64,000 bases of DNA from an uncultured Bacillota bacterium (GTDB lineage: Bacteria > Sysuimicrobiota > Sysuimicrobiia > Sysuimicrobiales > Segetimicrobiaceae), in assembly GCA_963804645.1 (NCBI GenBank), contig CAWDRG010000009.1, forward strand, positions 1,340,628-1,404,627, read 5' to 3'. The notes below the pieces were generated by a model. That model ran no database searches. It was given only the letters and a program-made list of their open reading frames with translations, and was not told where the DNA came from. A program made the translations under genes and the position numbers. Below are positions 21,055-32,024 of this stretch, in pieces (within the stretch, counting starts at the first letter, position 1; every line of letters begins with the position of its first letter).

Positions 21055-22854
21055 ATGGCGGTCGTAGGGGAGATTACTCGCATCTCGGGCCCGGCGGTGA
21101 TCGCGAAAGGCCTCGCCGGCGCCCGGATGTACGACATCGTCCGGGTCGGCAAAGAAAAGCTGATCGGCGAGATCATCCGCCTTGACGGGAACACCGCGTT
21201 CGTGCAGGTCTACGAGGACACCTCCGGGCTGTACGTCGGGGAGCCCGTGGAGTCGACCGACGCGCCGCTGCAGCTCGAGCTCGGACCGGGGATGCTGAGC
21301 GGCATCTACGACGGCATCCAGCGCCCGCTCGACAAGATCCGCGATCTCCAGGGGGACTTCATCTCGCGCGGCGTCATCGTGAACTCGCTCGACCGCGACC
21401 GGAAATGGACGTTCGTGCCGAAGGTCAACGCGGGAGACCGCGTCGGCCCGGGCGACATCCTCGGAGAGGTCCAGGAGTACTCGTACGCCCACCGCATCAT
21501 GGTGCCGCCGGACGCCGAGGCAGACGAGGTCCAGGAGATCCGCGGCGGGGAGTTTACGGTCACCGAGGTGATCGGCAAGCTCAAGAACGGGCGGGAGCTC
21601 CGCATGATGACGACGTGGCCGGTGCGCGTCCCGCGTCCGGCCGCGCGCAAGCTGGAGCCGACCGAGTTGTTCATCACGGGCCAGCGCGTGCTCGACGTCC
21701 TGTTTCCGGTGGCGATGGGCGGGACGGCCGCCGTCCCGGGTCCGTTCGGCAGCGGGAAGACCGTCGTGCAGCAGACGCTGTCCAAGTGGTCCAACGCCGA
21801 CATCATCGTGTACGTCGGCTGCGGCGAGCGCGGCAACGAGATGACCGACGTGCTGACCGAGTTTCCCGAGCTGGAGGACCCGCGCAACGGCCGGCCGCTG
21901 ATGGAGCGGACGATCCTGGTCGCGAACACCTCCAACATGCCGGTCGCGGCGCGCGAGGCGAGCATCTACACCGGGGTGACGATGGCCGAGTACTTCCGCG
22001 ACATGGGCTACCGGGTCGCGCTGATGGCCGACTCGACCAGCCGGTGGGCCGAGGCGCTGCGCGAAATCTCGTCCCGGCTCGAGGAGATGCCCGCGGAGGA
22101 AGGCTACCCGCCGTACCTCGCGAGCCGCCTGTCGGCGTTTTACGAGCGGGCCGGCCGGGCGGTCGTGCTCGGCAAGGACGAGCGCGTGGGCGCCGTGACC
22201 GTCGTCGGCGCGGTCTCGCCGCCCGGCGGCGACCTGTCCGAGCCGGTCACCCAGAGCACCCTGCGGATCGTGGGCGCGTTCTGGTCGCTCGACGCGCAGC
22301 TCGCCTACCGCCGGCACTTCCCGTCGATCAACTGGAACCGCTCCTACAGCCTGTACGAGACGCTGCTGAACGCCTGGTACGGCGAGCACGTCGCCAAGGA
22401 CTTCACCGACCAGCGCGCCTGGCTCAGCGCGATGCTCGCGCGCGAAGCCGGACTCCAGGAGGTCGTGCAGCTGGTCGGTCCGGACGCGCTGCAGGACGAC
22501 GAGCGCCTCGTGATCGAGCTCGGGCGCATGATCCGCGAGTTCTTCCTCCAGCAGAGCGCGTTCAGCGAGGTCGACGCGTCCTGCTCGCTCGACAAGGCGT
22601 ACTGGATGATCCGGGGCATGCGGGCGTTCTACGAGCAGGCGGGCGCCGCGCTCAAGCGCGGCGACGTGACGATCGACGAGGTCATCAACCTGCCCCAGAA
22701 CGAGGTGATCGCGCGGTTCAAGGAAGTGCCGAACGACAAGTTCCGCGCGCACATCGATGAGTTCTTGAAGACGCTGCCCGACGCGTTCAAGGGCAGCGGA
22801 AAGACGGCGGTGCCGGTCGCCGGCAACGGACAAGCCAAGGAGGCGGCCCGATGA
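21055..22854 (+). CDS. ntpA: V/A-type ATPase catalytic subunit A
   Basis: Walker [38 protein letters not shown]. Confidence 0.97.
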   Translation: MAVVGEITRISGPAVIAKGLAGARMYDIVRVGKEKLIGEIIRLDGNTAFVQVYEDTSGLYVGEPVESTDAPLQLELGPGMLSGIYDGIQRPLDKIRDLQGDFISRGVIVNSLDRDRKWTFVPKVNAGDRVGPGDILGEVQEYSYAHRIMVPPDAEADEVQEIRGGEFTVTEVIGKLKNGRELRMMTTWPVRVPRPAARKLEPTELFITGQRVLDVLFPVAMGGTAAVPGPFGSGKTVVQQTLSKWSNADIIVYVGCGERGNEMTDVLTEFPELEDPRNGRPLMERTILVANTSNMPVAAREASIYTGVTMAEYFRDMGYRVALMADSTSRWAEALREISSRLEEMPAEEGYPPYLASRLSAFYERAGRAVVLGKDERVGAVTVVGAVSPPGGDLSEPVTQSTLRIVGAFWSLDAQLAYRRHFPSINWNRSYSLYETLLNAWYGEHVAKDFTDQRAWLSAMLAREAGLQEVVQLVGPDALQDDERLVIELGRMIREFFLQQSAFSEVDASCSLDKAYWMIRGMRAFYEQAGAALKRGDVTIDEVINLPQNEVIARFKEVPNDKFRAHIDEFLKTLPDAFKGSGKTAVPVAGNGQAKEAAR

Positions 22855-24902
22855 ACCTTGCGACGAAGCGCTATACCAGCATCAGCTACATCTCCGGCCC
22901 GCTCCTGTTCGTCGAGGGCGCGCGCGACCTGTCGTTCGGCGCGATCGTCGAGATCCACGTGCAGGACGGCAGCGTGCGCGGCGGCCAGGTGATCGAAGTG
23001 TCGGACAAGAACGCGGTGATCCAGGTGTTCGAGGAGACCCGCGGGATGGACCTCGCCAAGACCTCGATCAGCCTGCGCGAGGACGTGGCTCGGATCGCGG
23101 TCAGCCGTGAGATGATCGGGCGCCGCTTCAACGGCCTCGGCGACCCGATCGACGGGCTGCCGCCGATCATCCCCGAGAAGCGCCTGCCGCTGCTGGGCGC
23201 GCCGATCAACCCGGTCGCGCGGGACAAGCCCGCGGAGTTCATTCAGACCGGCATCTCGACGATCGACGTGATGAACACCCTGGTGCGGGGGCAGAAGCTG
23301 CCGATCTTCTCGGGCGCCGGCCTGCCGGCGAACGAGATCGCGGCGCAGATCACCCGCCAGGCGAAGGTGCTGGGCGAGGCCGAGCAGTTTTCGGTCGTGT
23401 TCGGCGCGATGGGGATCACGCAGCGCGAGGCGTCGTTCTTCATCCACGAGTTCGAGAGCACCGGCGCGCTCGCGCGCAGCGTGGTGTTCATGAATCTCGC
23501 GGACGATCCCACGATCGAGCGCTTGATGACGCCGCGCGCCGCGCTGACCGTGGCCGAGTATCTGGCGTACGAGCTTGATATGCAGGTGCTGGTGATCTTG
23601 ACGGACATGACCAACTATTGCCTCGCACCCGAGACCGAGGTGCTGCTGGCGGACGGGACGGTCGCGGCGATCGGTGGGCTGGTTGACCGGGTGGTCGCGC
23701 GGGAGTGCGATCTTGGGTCGCTGCCCCCCGTGTTGTCATGGAACGGCCGCGCGGCCGTACCGGCCGCTATCACAGACGTCCAGAAGCTTCGGTACCGAGG
23801 TCGCATGCTCCGCATCCACACCGCCTCGGGGTCGGAGTTCTCGGCGACGCCCGACCACAAGATTTTGATCGATACTCCCGATGGACCGGTGATGACGCCG
23901 GCTGGCGATCTGTCCGTGGGCAATGGTATCTATGCCTCCAAACGGGGTCGGACGTCGGCCGCGACCCAACTGGGTATGGAGATGGGGAGGCAGGGATCGT
24001 CAGCGGCGGTTGCGATCCTGGAGCGAGTGTCTTCGGCGGAGTTCGCGCTGGATGCGATTACCAGCATCGAGCCGTTCGACTACAACGGATTCGTTTACGA
24101 TTTCACCGTGGGAGGAACGCACAACTTTCTCATCGAGAACGGACTCGTGGTCTCCAACTGCGAGGCGCTCCGCGAGATCGGCGCCGCGCGAGAAGAGATC
24201 CCGGGGCGGCGTGGTTACCCGGGCTACATGTACACCGACTTGGCCAGCCTGTACGAGCGCGCGGGCCGCCTGAAGAACAAGAAGGGTACGATCACACAGG
24301 TGCCGATTCTCACGATGCCCGACGACGATATCACGCACCCGATCGCCGATCTGACCGGGTACATCACCGAAGGGCAGCTCGTGCTCAGCCGTCCGCTGCA
24401 CCGGCAGGGGATCTACCCGCCGATCAACCCGCTGCCGAGCCTGTCGCGCCTGATGAACAACGGCATCGGCAAGGGGCGCACGCGCGCCGATCACCGGCAG
24501 GTCGCCGACCAGATGTACTCGGCGTACGCGCAGGGCCTGGATCTCCGGCGCCTCGTCGCGATCATCGGCGAAGAGGCCCTGACGGAGAACGACCGCATGT
24601 ACCTCCGGTTTGCGGACGCGTTCGAGCAGGAGTTTATCAACCAGGGCGGGGCGGACCGGTCGATCGAGGATTCGCTGGCGCTCGGATGGAAGCTGCTGTC
24701 GATGTTCCCGCGGACCGCGCTGACGCGGATCAGCAAGGACCACGTGGACAAGTACTACTTCGGCGAGGAGATGCAGAAACTGCACCCCCAGAAGGTCGAT
24801 GTCCTGGAGAGCTTAGGATCGGCCGCCGCACGGCGGCCCCGGGCAGGGATGGGCGAGACATACGACGGGTGGAGCGGACAGCGGCGATGGCTGACACGGT
24901 AA
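22851..24902 (+). CDS. ntpB: V/A-type ATPase subunit B, intein-containing
   Basis: [25 protein letters not shown] split by intein; [14 protein letters not shown]. Confidence 0.96.
   Translation: MNLATKRYTSISYISGPLLFVEGARDLSFGAIVEIHVQDGSVRGGQVIEVSDKNAVIQVFEETRGMDLAKTSISLREDVARIAVSREMIGRRFNGLGDPIDGLPPIIPEKRLPLLGAPINPVARDKPAEFIQTGISTIDVMNTLVRGQKLPIFSGAGLPANEIAAQITRQAKVLGEAEQFSVVFGAMGITQREASFFIHEFESTGALARSVVFMNLADDPTIERLMTPRAALTVAEYLAYELDMQVLVILTDMTNYCLAPETEVLLADGTVAAIGGLVDRVVARECDLGSLPPVLSWNGRAAVPAAITDVQKLRYRGRMLRIHTASGSEFSATPDHKILIDTPDGPVMTPAGDLSVGNGIYASKRGRTSAATQLGMEMGRQGSSAAVAILERVSSAEFALDAITSIEPFDYNGFVYDFTVGGTHNFLIENGLVVSNCEALREIGAAREEIPGRRGYPGYMYTDLASLYERAGRLKNKKGTITQVPILTMPDDDITHPIADLTGYITEGQLVLSRPLHRQGIYPPINPLPSLSRLMNNGIGKGRTRADHRQVADQMYSAYAQGLDLRRLVAIIGEEALTENDRMYLRFADAFEQEFINQGGADRSIEDSLALGWKLLSMFPRTALTRISKDHVDKYYFGEEMQKLHPQKVDVLESLGSAAARRPRAGMGETYDGWSGQRRWLTR
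23619..24158 (+). mobile_element. Mini-intein (180 aa, no homing endonuclease) in ATPase subunit B
   Basis: Block [14 protein letters not shown], block B TPDH, block F VYDFTV..THNF, terminus VVSN followed by Cys+1; removal restores TNYCEALREI. Confidence 0.92.
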
Positions 24903-25534
24903 GCCCGACTCGGATGAACCTCCTGCAGCGCCAGAACCAGGTGAAGCTGGCGCAGCAGGGGGTCGATCTGCTCAAGAAGAAGCGCGACGCGCTGGTCGCG
25001 GACTTCTTCAACATCGTGCGCCGGGCCCTCGCCGCGCGCGAGCGGCTCATGCTGAACGCGGGCGAGGGCTACACCTTGCTCAGCCTCGCCAAGGCCGTCG
25101 AGGGCCGCGAGGTGCTCGAATCGGCGGCGCTCGCGGACTCGAGGCGCCTCGAGGTTGGGATCGAGACGAGAAACGTGTGGGGGACGCGGATCCCCACGAT
25201 CACCACGAGCGAGGTCCGGCGCAGCGTGCTGGCCCGCGGCCAGGACCCGGTCGCGGTGACGGCGCGGACCGTGGAGAGCGCCGACCGCTTCGAAGAGATC
25301 GTGGCCGCGCTGCTCGACGTGGCGAGCACCGAGGTGACGCTGCGCAAGATCGGCGAGGAAATCCGGAAGACGACCCGCCGCGTGAACGCCCTCGAACAGG
25401 TCGTGATCCCCCGCATCCGGGGCGAGATCCGGTACATCCGCGACGTGCTCGAGCAGCGCGCCCGCGAGGATGTGTTCCGGCTGAAGCGGATCAAGGCCAA
25501 GCTGGAGGCCAAGGCGAAGACAGCCGACGCATAG
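24887..25534 (+). CDS. ntpD: V/A-type ATPase subunit D
   Basis: [31 protein letters not shown]. Confidence 0.95.
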   Translation: MADTVSPTRMNLLQRQNQVKLAQQGVDLLKKKRDALVADFFNIVRRALAARERLMLNAGEGYTLLSLAKAVEGREVLESAALADSRRLEVGIETRNVWGTRIPTITTSEVRRSVLARGQDPVAVTARTVESADRFEEIVAALLDVASTEVTLRKIGEEIRKTTRRVNALEQVVIPRIRGEIRYIRDVLEQRAREDVFRLKRIKAKLEAKAKTADA

Positions 25535-25593
25535 CCGGCGGCGCGGGCTCCGGGGATCGGGCGTCCGGCCGCGGGCGCCCGGGTGGTGGCGAG

Positions 25594-26508
25594 ATGGCGG
25601 AGTGGCGTGAGACGGTCGCGGCGGTGTTGGGCGTCCCCGGCATCGTCATGTTTCTCGGGGCCGTCGACGTCGGCAAGACCACGGCCGCGACGGCGCTGGC
25701 GATCGCCGCCGTTCGCGCGGGCCGCCCGCCCGGGGTCGTCGACACCGACATCGGCCAGTCGGACATCGGCCCGCCGACGACAGTGGGGCTTGGCATGGTG
25801 GACCGCCCGGTACGGCAGATGCTTCAGATTCCACTCACAGCGGCGTACTTTACCGGAGACACGACCCCGATGACCGTCTTTCCGTGGCTGCTTGAGGGGA
25901 CGGCGCGTCTCGTCGCCCGGGCGCAGGAGCTCGGGGCCGCGATCGTCATTCTGGACACGACGGGCTGGATCGACGGTCCGGCGGCGGTCGCCGCGAAGCT
26001 TCGCAAGATTCGCCAGATCGGACCGCGGCATCTCATTGCGATCCAGCGGGCCGACGAAGTCGAGCCGATTCTGAGTCAGGTGCCGGCGTCCACCATGATC
26101 CACCGTCTCCATCCATCCCCAGAGGTCCGGAGGCGGTCGCCCCGCGAGCGCCGGGCGTTTCGTGAGCAGCAGTTCGCGCGCTACTTCCGCAATGCCCGTC
26201 CCGCGACCGTGACGCTGGAGGCCGTGCGTACGGAGCGTGCCGTCGTCCACGCCGGCCGCCGTGTCGCTCCCGGACGCGTCGTGGCGGAGCTGCCGCCGCG
26301 CGCGCTGCGCCATCGTCTGGTGGGGCTCGCGGACGACGCCGGGGATTTTCTCGGGCTCGGGACGATCGTGGCCGTGCGTGCGGCGGTCGGTGAAATCGAT
26401 GTGGTCGCGCCCCTCGGGGCCGTCGGGCGGACCACGGTGCTTCAATGGGGCGCGATGCAGGTGGCTCCGGACGGCCGGGAGGAGCGCCGCGCCGCCGGGG
26501 CGGCGTGA
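25594..26508 (+). CDS. Clp1/Grc3/Nol9-like polynucleotide 5'-kinase
   Basis: P-loop GAVDVGKTT, DTDIGQSDIGPPTT, ILDTTGW, RRAFRE..F.RYF. Confidence 0.8.
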   Translation: MAEWRETVAAVLGVPGIVMFLGAVDVGKTTAATALAIAAVRAGRPPGVVDTDIGQSDIGPPTTVGLGMVDRPVRQMLQIPLTAAYFTGDTTPMTVFPWLLEGTARLVARAQELGAAIVILDTTGWIDGPAAVAAKLRKIRQIGPRHLIAIQRADEVEPILSQVPASTMIHRLHPSPEVRRRSPRERRAFREQQFARYFRNARPATVTLEAVRTERAVVHAGRRVAPGRVVAELPPRALRHRLVGLADDAGDFLGLGTIVAVRAAVGEIDVVAPLGAVGRTTVLQWGAMQVAPDGREERRAAGAA

Positions 26509-26524
26509 CGTGCGGGGAGGACCC

Positions 26525-27253
26525 ATGCGCGTGCATCCCTGGCAGGTCCTGCTCTGCGCGGTCGCGGTGGCCGTGGGGTTCGGGCTGGTCGTGCAGGTGC
26601 GCACCGAGCGCTCGATCGAGACCAGCCTGCAGGTCCCGTCCGGCCGGCTCGGCGAGGTCGCGTACCGGTACCGGCAGGCGGAGCGCGAGGACGCGGTGCT
26701 GCGGGATCAGCTCGCCTCGCTGCGTCAGGAGATCGCGGACGAGGAGCTGCGGGCTGCGGCGGGACGTCAGGCGACCGCGGCGCTGGGTCCGGAGCTCGCC
26801 CGGATGCGCGCCCTCGCGGGGCTCACCCCGGTGTCCGGGCCGGGGGTGCGGGTGACGATCACCGACAGCAACCGTCCGCTCCGGCCCGGCGAGGATCCCA
26901 ACTTGGTGCTGATCCACTACTCGGACGTGCACGCGGTCGTCGCCACGCTGTTCGCCGCGGGCGCCGAGGCGGTGGCGGTCAACCAGGATCGCATCGCCGG
27001 CACCACGGGGATCTCGTGTGTCGGCACGACGATTCTCTGCAACGCCCGGCGCCTCGCCCCACCGTATCAGATCGACGCGATCGGCGACCCGGCAGTGCTG
27101 CGGGCGGCCGTGAATGCGCGTGGCGGGATTCTCAATGAGTTGCGGGCGTTCGACTTTCCGGTCACAGTGGAGCTGGAGCGCGAGATCCGGCTTCCGGCGT
27201 ACACGGGGACGTTCGTGCACCAGTTTGCACGGCCGGTAGACAAAGGAGGGTAA
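26525..27253 (+). CDS. DUF881 family membrane-anchored coiled-coil protein
   Basis: AGLTPVSGPGVRVTITDS, LFAAGAEAVAVN, PPYQIDAIGDP. Confidence 0.88.
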   Translation: MRVHPWQVLLCAVAVAVGFGLVVQVRTERSIETSLQVPSGRLGEVAYRYRQAEREDAVLRDQLASLRQEIADEELRAAAGRQATAALGPELARMRALAGLTPVSGPGVRVTITDSNRPLRPGEDPNLVLIHYSDVHAVVATLFAAGAEAVAVNQDRIAGTTGISCVGTTILCNARRLAPPYQIDAIGDPAVLRAAVNARGGILNELRAFDFPVTVELEREIRLPAYTGTFVHQFARPVDKGG

Positions 27254-27258
27254 GCGCG

Positions 27259-27624
27259 ATGTGGTTGCCGATTCTGGGGCTCGCGGCCGGCTTGGCCCTC
27301 GGCCTGCTCGTCAGCGTCCAGGTGCCCCTCACGTACGTGAAATACAGCGCGATCGCGATTCTGGCAGCGGTCGACACGCTGCTCGGCGGGATGCGCGCCC
27401 AGGTCGCGGGGCGGTTCGACCTCCGCGTGTTTCTGTCCGGGTTCATCGTGAACACCCTCTTCGCGGCGCTGCTGACGGCGCTGGGCGACCTGCTCGGCCT
27501 CGACATTTACCTGGGGGCCGTGGTGGCGTTCAGCATCCGGATCTTCAACAACATCGGGTTCATCCGGCGCGACCTGATCGGGTTGATCTGGCGCGCGCGG
27601 CCGATCGAGGCGGGTGAGACCTAG
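27259..27624 (+). CDS. sbp: Small basic protein Sbp (DUF1290)
   Basis: [21 protein letters not shown]...IRR; usual neighbour of DUF881. Confidence 0.85.
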   Translation: MWLPILGLAAGLALGLLVSVQVPLTYVKYSAIAILAAVDTLLGGMRAQVAGRFDLRVFLSGFIVNTLFAALLTALGDLLGLDIYLGAVVAFSIRIFNNIGFIRRDLIGLIWRARPIEAGET

Positions 27625-27692
27625 GCGGACGGCGCGGGACGGACGGCGCAGCGTTCGGCGGGGCGGGCGTGGGAAGACCAAGGAGGCGGGAG

Positions 27693-28698
27693 ATGGCGCG
27701 GATCGGGATCAACGGATTCGGTCGGATCGGCAGGCAGACCCTTCGAGCGTGTCTCGAGCGGGCGCCGGGACTGGAAATCGTGGCGGTCAACGACTTGGCG
27801 GACGTCCGTACCAACGCCCATCTGTTTAAGCACGACAGCACCTACGGGGCGTTCCCCGGCACCGTAGAGGCGCGCGAGCGCGCGATTGTCATCAACGGAC
27901 GCACCGTCGCCGTGCTCTCCGAGCGGGATCCGGCGAAGCTCCCGTGGGGCGATCTTGGCGTGGATCTCGTGATCGAGTCCACCGGCCACTTCACGGACGC
28001 CGCGAAGGCGGCCGGACACCTTGCGGGGGGCGCCAAGCGCGTCGTGATCAGCGCGCCGGCCACGGGCGAGGACCTGACCGTCAACATGGGCGTCAACCAT
28101 ACGGTGTACGACCCGGCAAAGCACCGGATCATCAGCAACGGCTCGTGCACGACGAACTGCCTGTCGGTGACCGCGAAGGTCCTGTCCCAGACGTTCGGGA
28201 TCCGCACCGGCTTCATGAACACCGTGCACTCGTACACCAACGACCAGGTCGTGCTCGACGTCGTGCACAAGGACCTCCGGCGCGCGCGCGCGGCGGCCCT
28301 GAACATCATCCCGACGACGACGGGGGCGGCGAAAGCGATCTCCCTCGTGCTGCCGGAGCTCAAGGGGCGGATGAACGGCTTGGCGCTGCGGGTGCCGACG
28401 CCCGACGGTGTCCATTGTGGATCTGACGGTGACGCTCGAGAAGTCAGCGAGCGCGGAGGAGATCAACCAGGCGTTCAAGCGCGCGGCGGAGGGAGCGCTC
28501 AAGGGCTACCTCGGGTACTCCGACGAGCCGCTCGTGTCCATGGACTTCAAGGGCGACCCGCGCAGCGGGATCATCGACGCGCTGTCGACGCTCGCCTCAG
28601 GCGACATGGCAAAGGTGCTGTCGTGGTACGACAACGAGTGGGGCTACTCGTGCCGCGTCGCCGATCTCGCGAGCTACCTGATCGAGCGAGGTGTGTGA
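27693..28698 (+). CDS. gap: Glyceraldehyde-3-phosphate dehydrogenase with apparent +1 frameshift at about 28401-28403
   Basis: [26 protein letters not shown]; deleting one C restores [12 protein letters not shown]. Confidence 0.93.
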
Positions 28699-29877
28699 TG
28701 CGGAAGAAGACCGTCCGCGACATTCGACGTCCGCGGACGTCGGGTGTTCGTCCGCGTGGATTTCAACGTGCCGCTGGATCACGGCCACATCACGGACGAC
28801 CACCGGATCGTCGCCTCGCTTCCGACGATCACGTATCTCCTGGACCATGGTGCGGCCGTGATCCTCGCGTCGCACCTCGGGCGGCCGAAAGGGGTCGACG
28901 ACGCGCTGCGGATGTCCCCGATCGCCGCGCGGCTCAGCGAGCTGCTGGGCAGGCCCGTGCGGACGCTCGATGACTGCGTGGGGCCGGCGGTGCAGCAGGC
29001 GGTCGCCGCGATGAAGCCGGGCGACGTGGTGCTGCTCGAAAATCTTCGGTTTCACCGGGAGGAAGAGGCGAACGATCCGGCGTTTGCGCGCCAGCTCGCG
29101 TCGCTGGCCGACGTGTATGTGAACGACGCCTTCGGCACGGCGCACCGTGCGCACGCCAGTACCGCCGGAATCGCGGCGTACCTGCCCGCGGTCGCCGGTC
29201 TCCTGATGGAGCGCGAGCTCCAGTTTCTCGGGGGCGTCCTCGAGCGGCCCCGGCCTCCGCTCGTCGTGATCTTGGGCGGGGCGAAGGTCAGCGACAAGAT
29301 CGGCGTCATTCAAAATCTGCTCCGGCTGGCGCAGACGATGCTGATCGGCGGCGGGATGTGCTACACGTTTTTGCGGGCGGCCGGGGCCGAGATCGGTGCC
29401 TCGCTGTGCGAGGAGGACCGGGTGGACCTTGCCCGGAGTCTGATGGTGGAGGCGAAGCAGCGCGGGGTGGATCTGATGCTTCCGGTGGACGTGGTGGCGG
29501 CCCAGCGCGTCGAGGCGGGCGCGGCCACCCGCACGGTCGACGCGCGGGAGATTCCGGACGGCTGGGCCGGGGTGGACATCGGGCCCCGCACCGTCGCGGC
29601 GTTCAGCGCTCCTATCTCGGGCGCCGGGACGGTGCTGTGGAACGGACCGATGGGGGTGTTCGAGATCCCGGCCTTCGCGGAGGGGACGCGCGCGATCGCG
29701 AAGGTCGTGGCCGAGTCGCCCGGCGAGTCGATCGTCGGGGGCGGCGACACCGGGGCCGCGGTCGAGGAGTTCGGATACGCCGACAAGATGACCCACATCA
29801 GCACCGGGGGCGGCGCGTCGCTGGAATTCATGGAGGGCAAGACGCTGCCGGGTGTCGCGGTCCTCCAGGACGCCTAG
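28698..29877 (+). CDS. pgk: Phosphoglycerate kinase with apparent +1 frameshift at about 28723
   Basis: ATG overlaps the gap stop; deleting one T gives [25 protein letters not shown]; also [24 protein letters not shown]. Confidence 0.93.
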
Positions 29878-29880
29878 CCC

Positions 29881-30639
29881 ATGCGCACGCCGCTGATCGC
29901 CGGAAATTGGAAGATGCACCTCGTGCGCGGGCCGGCCGCCAGCCTGGCCCGGGAGGTGGTGTCCCTGGTTCGGGACGTGGCCGGCGTCGACGTCGCGCTG
30001 TGCCCGCCCGCGACCGCGCTGGACGCGGTGGGCCGGGTGCTGGCGGGGACCCGGGTGCTGCTCGGCGCGCAGACCATGCATTGGGAGGCGAAGGGCGCGT
30101 ACACCGGCGAGATCAGCGCGCCGATGCTCGTCGATCTGGGCTGCCGGGTGGTGATTCTTGGGCACTCGGAGCGGCGGGTCCTCTTTGGCGAGACCGATGA
30201 GCAGGTCGCGCGCAAGACCGCGGCCGCGCTCATCCATGGTCTTACCCCGATCGTCTGCGTCGGCGAGATGCTCGACGAGCGCGACCGGGGGGAGGCCGCC
30301 GCGGTGATCGCCAGGCAGTTGGGGGTCGTGCTCGACGCCGTCCCCCGGGATGCGGTGGCGCGGTTGGTCATCGCGTACGAGCCGGTGTGGGCGATCGGAA
30401 CCGGACGCACGCCCACCGGGCCGGAGGCCAATCAGGTGGCCGGGCTGATTCGGGAGCGCCTTGCGGCCGCCGGCGGCAGCGATGCGGCGGGCGCGGTGCG
30501 GGTGCTCTACGGCGGCAGCGTCAAGCCGGACAACATCAGCGAATTCCTCGACCGGCCGGAGATCGACGGGGCGCTCGTCGGCGGAGCCAGCTTGGACGCC
30601 GCCGCGTTCGCGGCGATCGTCCGGGCCGCGGCGCCCTAG
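29881..30639 (+). CDS. tpiA: Triosephosphate isomerase
   Basis: AGNWKM, GHSERR, AYEPVWAIGTG, YGGSVK. Confidence 0.97.
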   Translation: MRTPLIAGNWKMHLVRGPAASLAREVVSLVRDVAGVDVALCPPATALDAVGRVLAGTRVLLGAQTMHWEAKGAYTGEISAPMLVDLGCRVVILGHSERRVLFGETDEQVARKTAAALIHGLTPIVCVGEMLDERDRGEAAAVIARQLGVVLDAVPRDAVARLVIAYEPVWAIGTGRTPTGPEANQVAGLIRERLAAAGGSDAAGAVRVLYGGSVKPDNISEFLDRPEIDGALVGGASLDAAAFAAIVRAAAP

Positions 30640-30729
30640 CGTCCGGAGCCGCGCGGGCCCGTCCGGGGCCTTGGAACGCTCCCGCTCCTGTGATACCCTA
30701 GTGGGGCTGTCCCAGTTGGGGGTGAACGT

Positions 30730-30960
30730 GTGACCAATGTGGTGCTGATCATTCAGCTGATCGTCTGCGCCGCGGTCGTCGGGATCATCGTGCTGCAGGG
30801 CCCGAAGGGCGAGGGCCTGGGCGCGATCGGCGGCTCCGGCGCGCGACTGTTCCACGGGCCGAAGCCGCGCGAGACCCTGCTGCTTCGCGTCACATCGACG
30901 CTGGCGATTCTGTTCGGCGTGACCACCATCTACCTCGTCATCGCCAAATTCGGTCACTGA
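30730..30960 (+). CDS. secG: Preprotein translocase subunit SecG
   Basis: Two TM helices with LQGPKGEGLG.IGG loop; follows tpiA. Confidence 0.88.
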   Translation: MTNVVLIIQLIVCAAVVGIIVLQGPKGEGLGAIGGSGARLFHGPKPRETLLLRVTSTLAILFGVTTIYLVIAKFGH

Positions 30961-30973
30961 GCTGACGGTCCCG

Positions 30974-32014
30974 GTGCCGCGACACCCGACGCCGTTCTCT
31001 TCGCTGGACGACGTCGACCGCTACGTGGTCGATTCCCGGGCCCGCCTCCACAGCGCGTCTCACGAGGAGATCTTCGCCGGCGCGACGACCGACGTCTATT
31101 TCGTCCGCACGCTCGAGATTCTGCGATCCCTTGGGCTTGCCGATACCCCGGTGGTGGCCGAGATCTTCACGAGCGGCGACGGCGTGCTTGCCGGCGCCGA
31201 TGAGGTCCGCTATCTGCTGCGGGACGCCGGTGTCCGCATTGAGGCGCTGCCCGAGGGCAGCGCGTTCTCAAACCGCGAGGTCGTCATGCGGATCGAAGGA
31301 CCGTACGCGCGGTTCGGCATGTACGAGACCGTGCTGCTTGGGATGCTGGCCCATGCCAGCGGGTGGGCGACCGCGGCGCGGCACGTGGTGACCGTGGCCA
31401 AGGACACGCCGGTGTACTCGTTCGGGGCGCGTCACGTGCATCCGGCGGTCGCACCCGTGATGGAGCGGGCGGCCGTCCTCGGCGGCATGCGCGGCGCTGC
31501 CTGCATTCTGGGCGCGAGGCTCGCCGGCCAGGAACCCGTCGGCACGATGCCCCACGCGTTCATCCTGCTCGTGGGGGACACGCTGCGGGCCGCGGCGGCG
31601 TACCATGAGCGGATGCCGTCTGGGGTTCCGCGGCTCGTGCTGGTCGACACGTTCACCGATGAGGCGATTGAGGCGGTTCGCGTCGCCGACGGGATGCACG
31701 GTGCCTTGACCGCGATTCGCCTCGACACGCCCCGCGAGCGCGGGAGCGTCACCCCGGATCTCGTCCGGGAGGTCCGGGCCCGACTCGCCCTCGCAGGGCA
31801 TCCCGCGGTGCAGATCTTTGTGTCGGGCGGCGTGACGCCCGAGCGCATTCCGTCGCTGGTCGAGGCCGGCGCCAACGCGTTTGGCGTCGGCAGCTACGTG
31901 AGCGGCGCGCCTCCGCTCGACATGACCATGGATCTGCGCGAGATCAACGGCGCCCCGATCGCCAAGCGCGGCCGCATTCCCGGGCGCACGCCTACCCCCC
32001 GTCTTCAGGCCTGA
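30974..32014 (+). CDS. pncB: Nicotinate phosphoribosyltransferase (short type)
   Basis: TDVYF, SFGARH, GTMPHA, LVDTF, IRLDTP, AKRG. Confidence 0.88.
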   Translation: MPRHPTPFSSLDDVDRYVVDSRARLHSASHEEIFAGATTDVYFVRTLEILRSLGLADTPVVAEIFTSGDGVLAGADEVRYLLRDAGVRIEALPEGSAFSNREVVMRIEGPYARFGMYETVLLGMLAHASGWATAARHVVTVAKDTPVYSFGARHVHPAVAPVMERAAVLGGMRGAACILGARLAGQEPVGTMPHAFILLVGDTLRAAAAYHERMPSGVPRLVLVDTFTDEAIEAVRVADGMHGALTAIRLDTPRERGSVTPDLVREVRARLALAGHPAVQIFVSGGVTPERIPSLVEAGANAFGVGSYVSGAPPLDMTMDLREINGAPIAKRGRIPGRTPTPRLQA

Positions 32015-32024
32015 GCACCGGCGG

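Noticed and set aside
27669..28973. GAPDH with a novel C-terminal extension or programmed frameshift
   Set aside because: Explained by two 1-bp insertions; no slippery heptamer seen.
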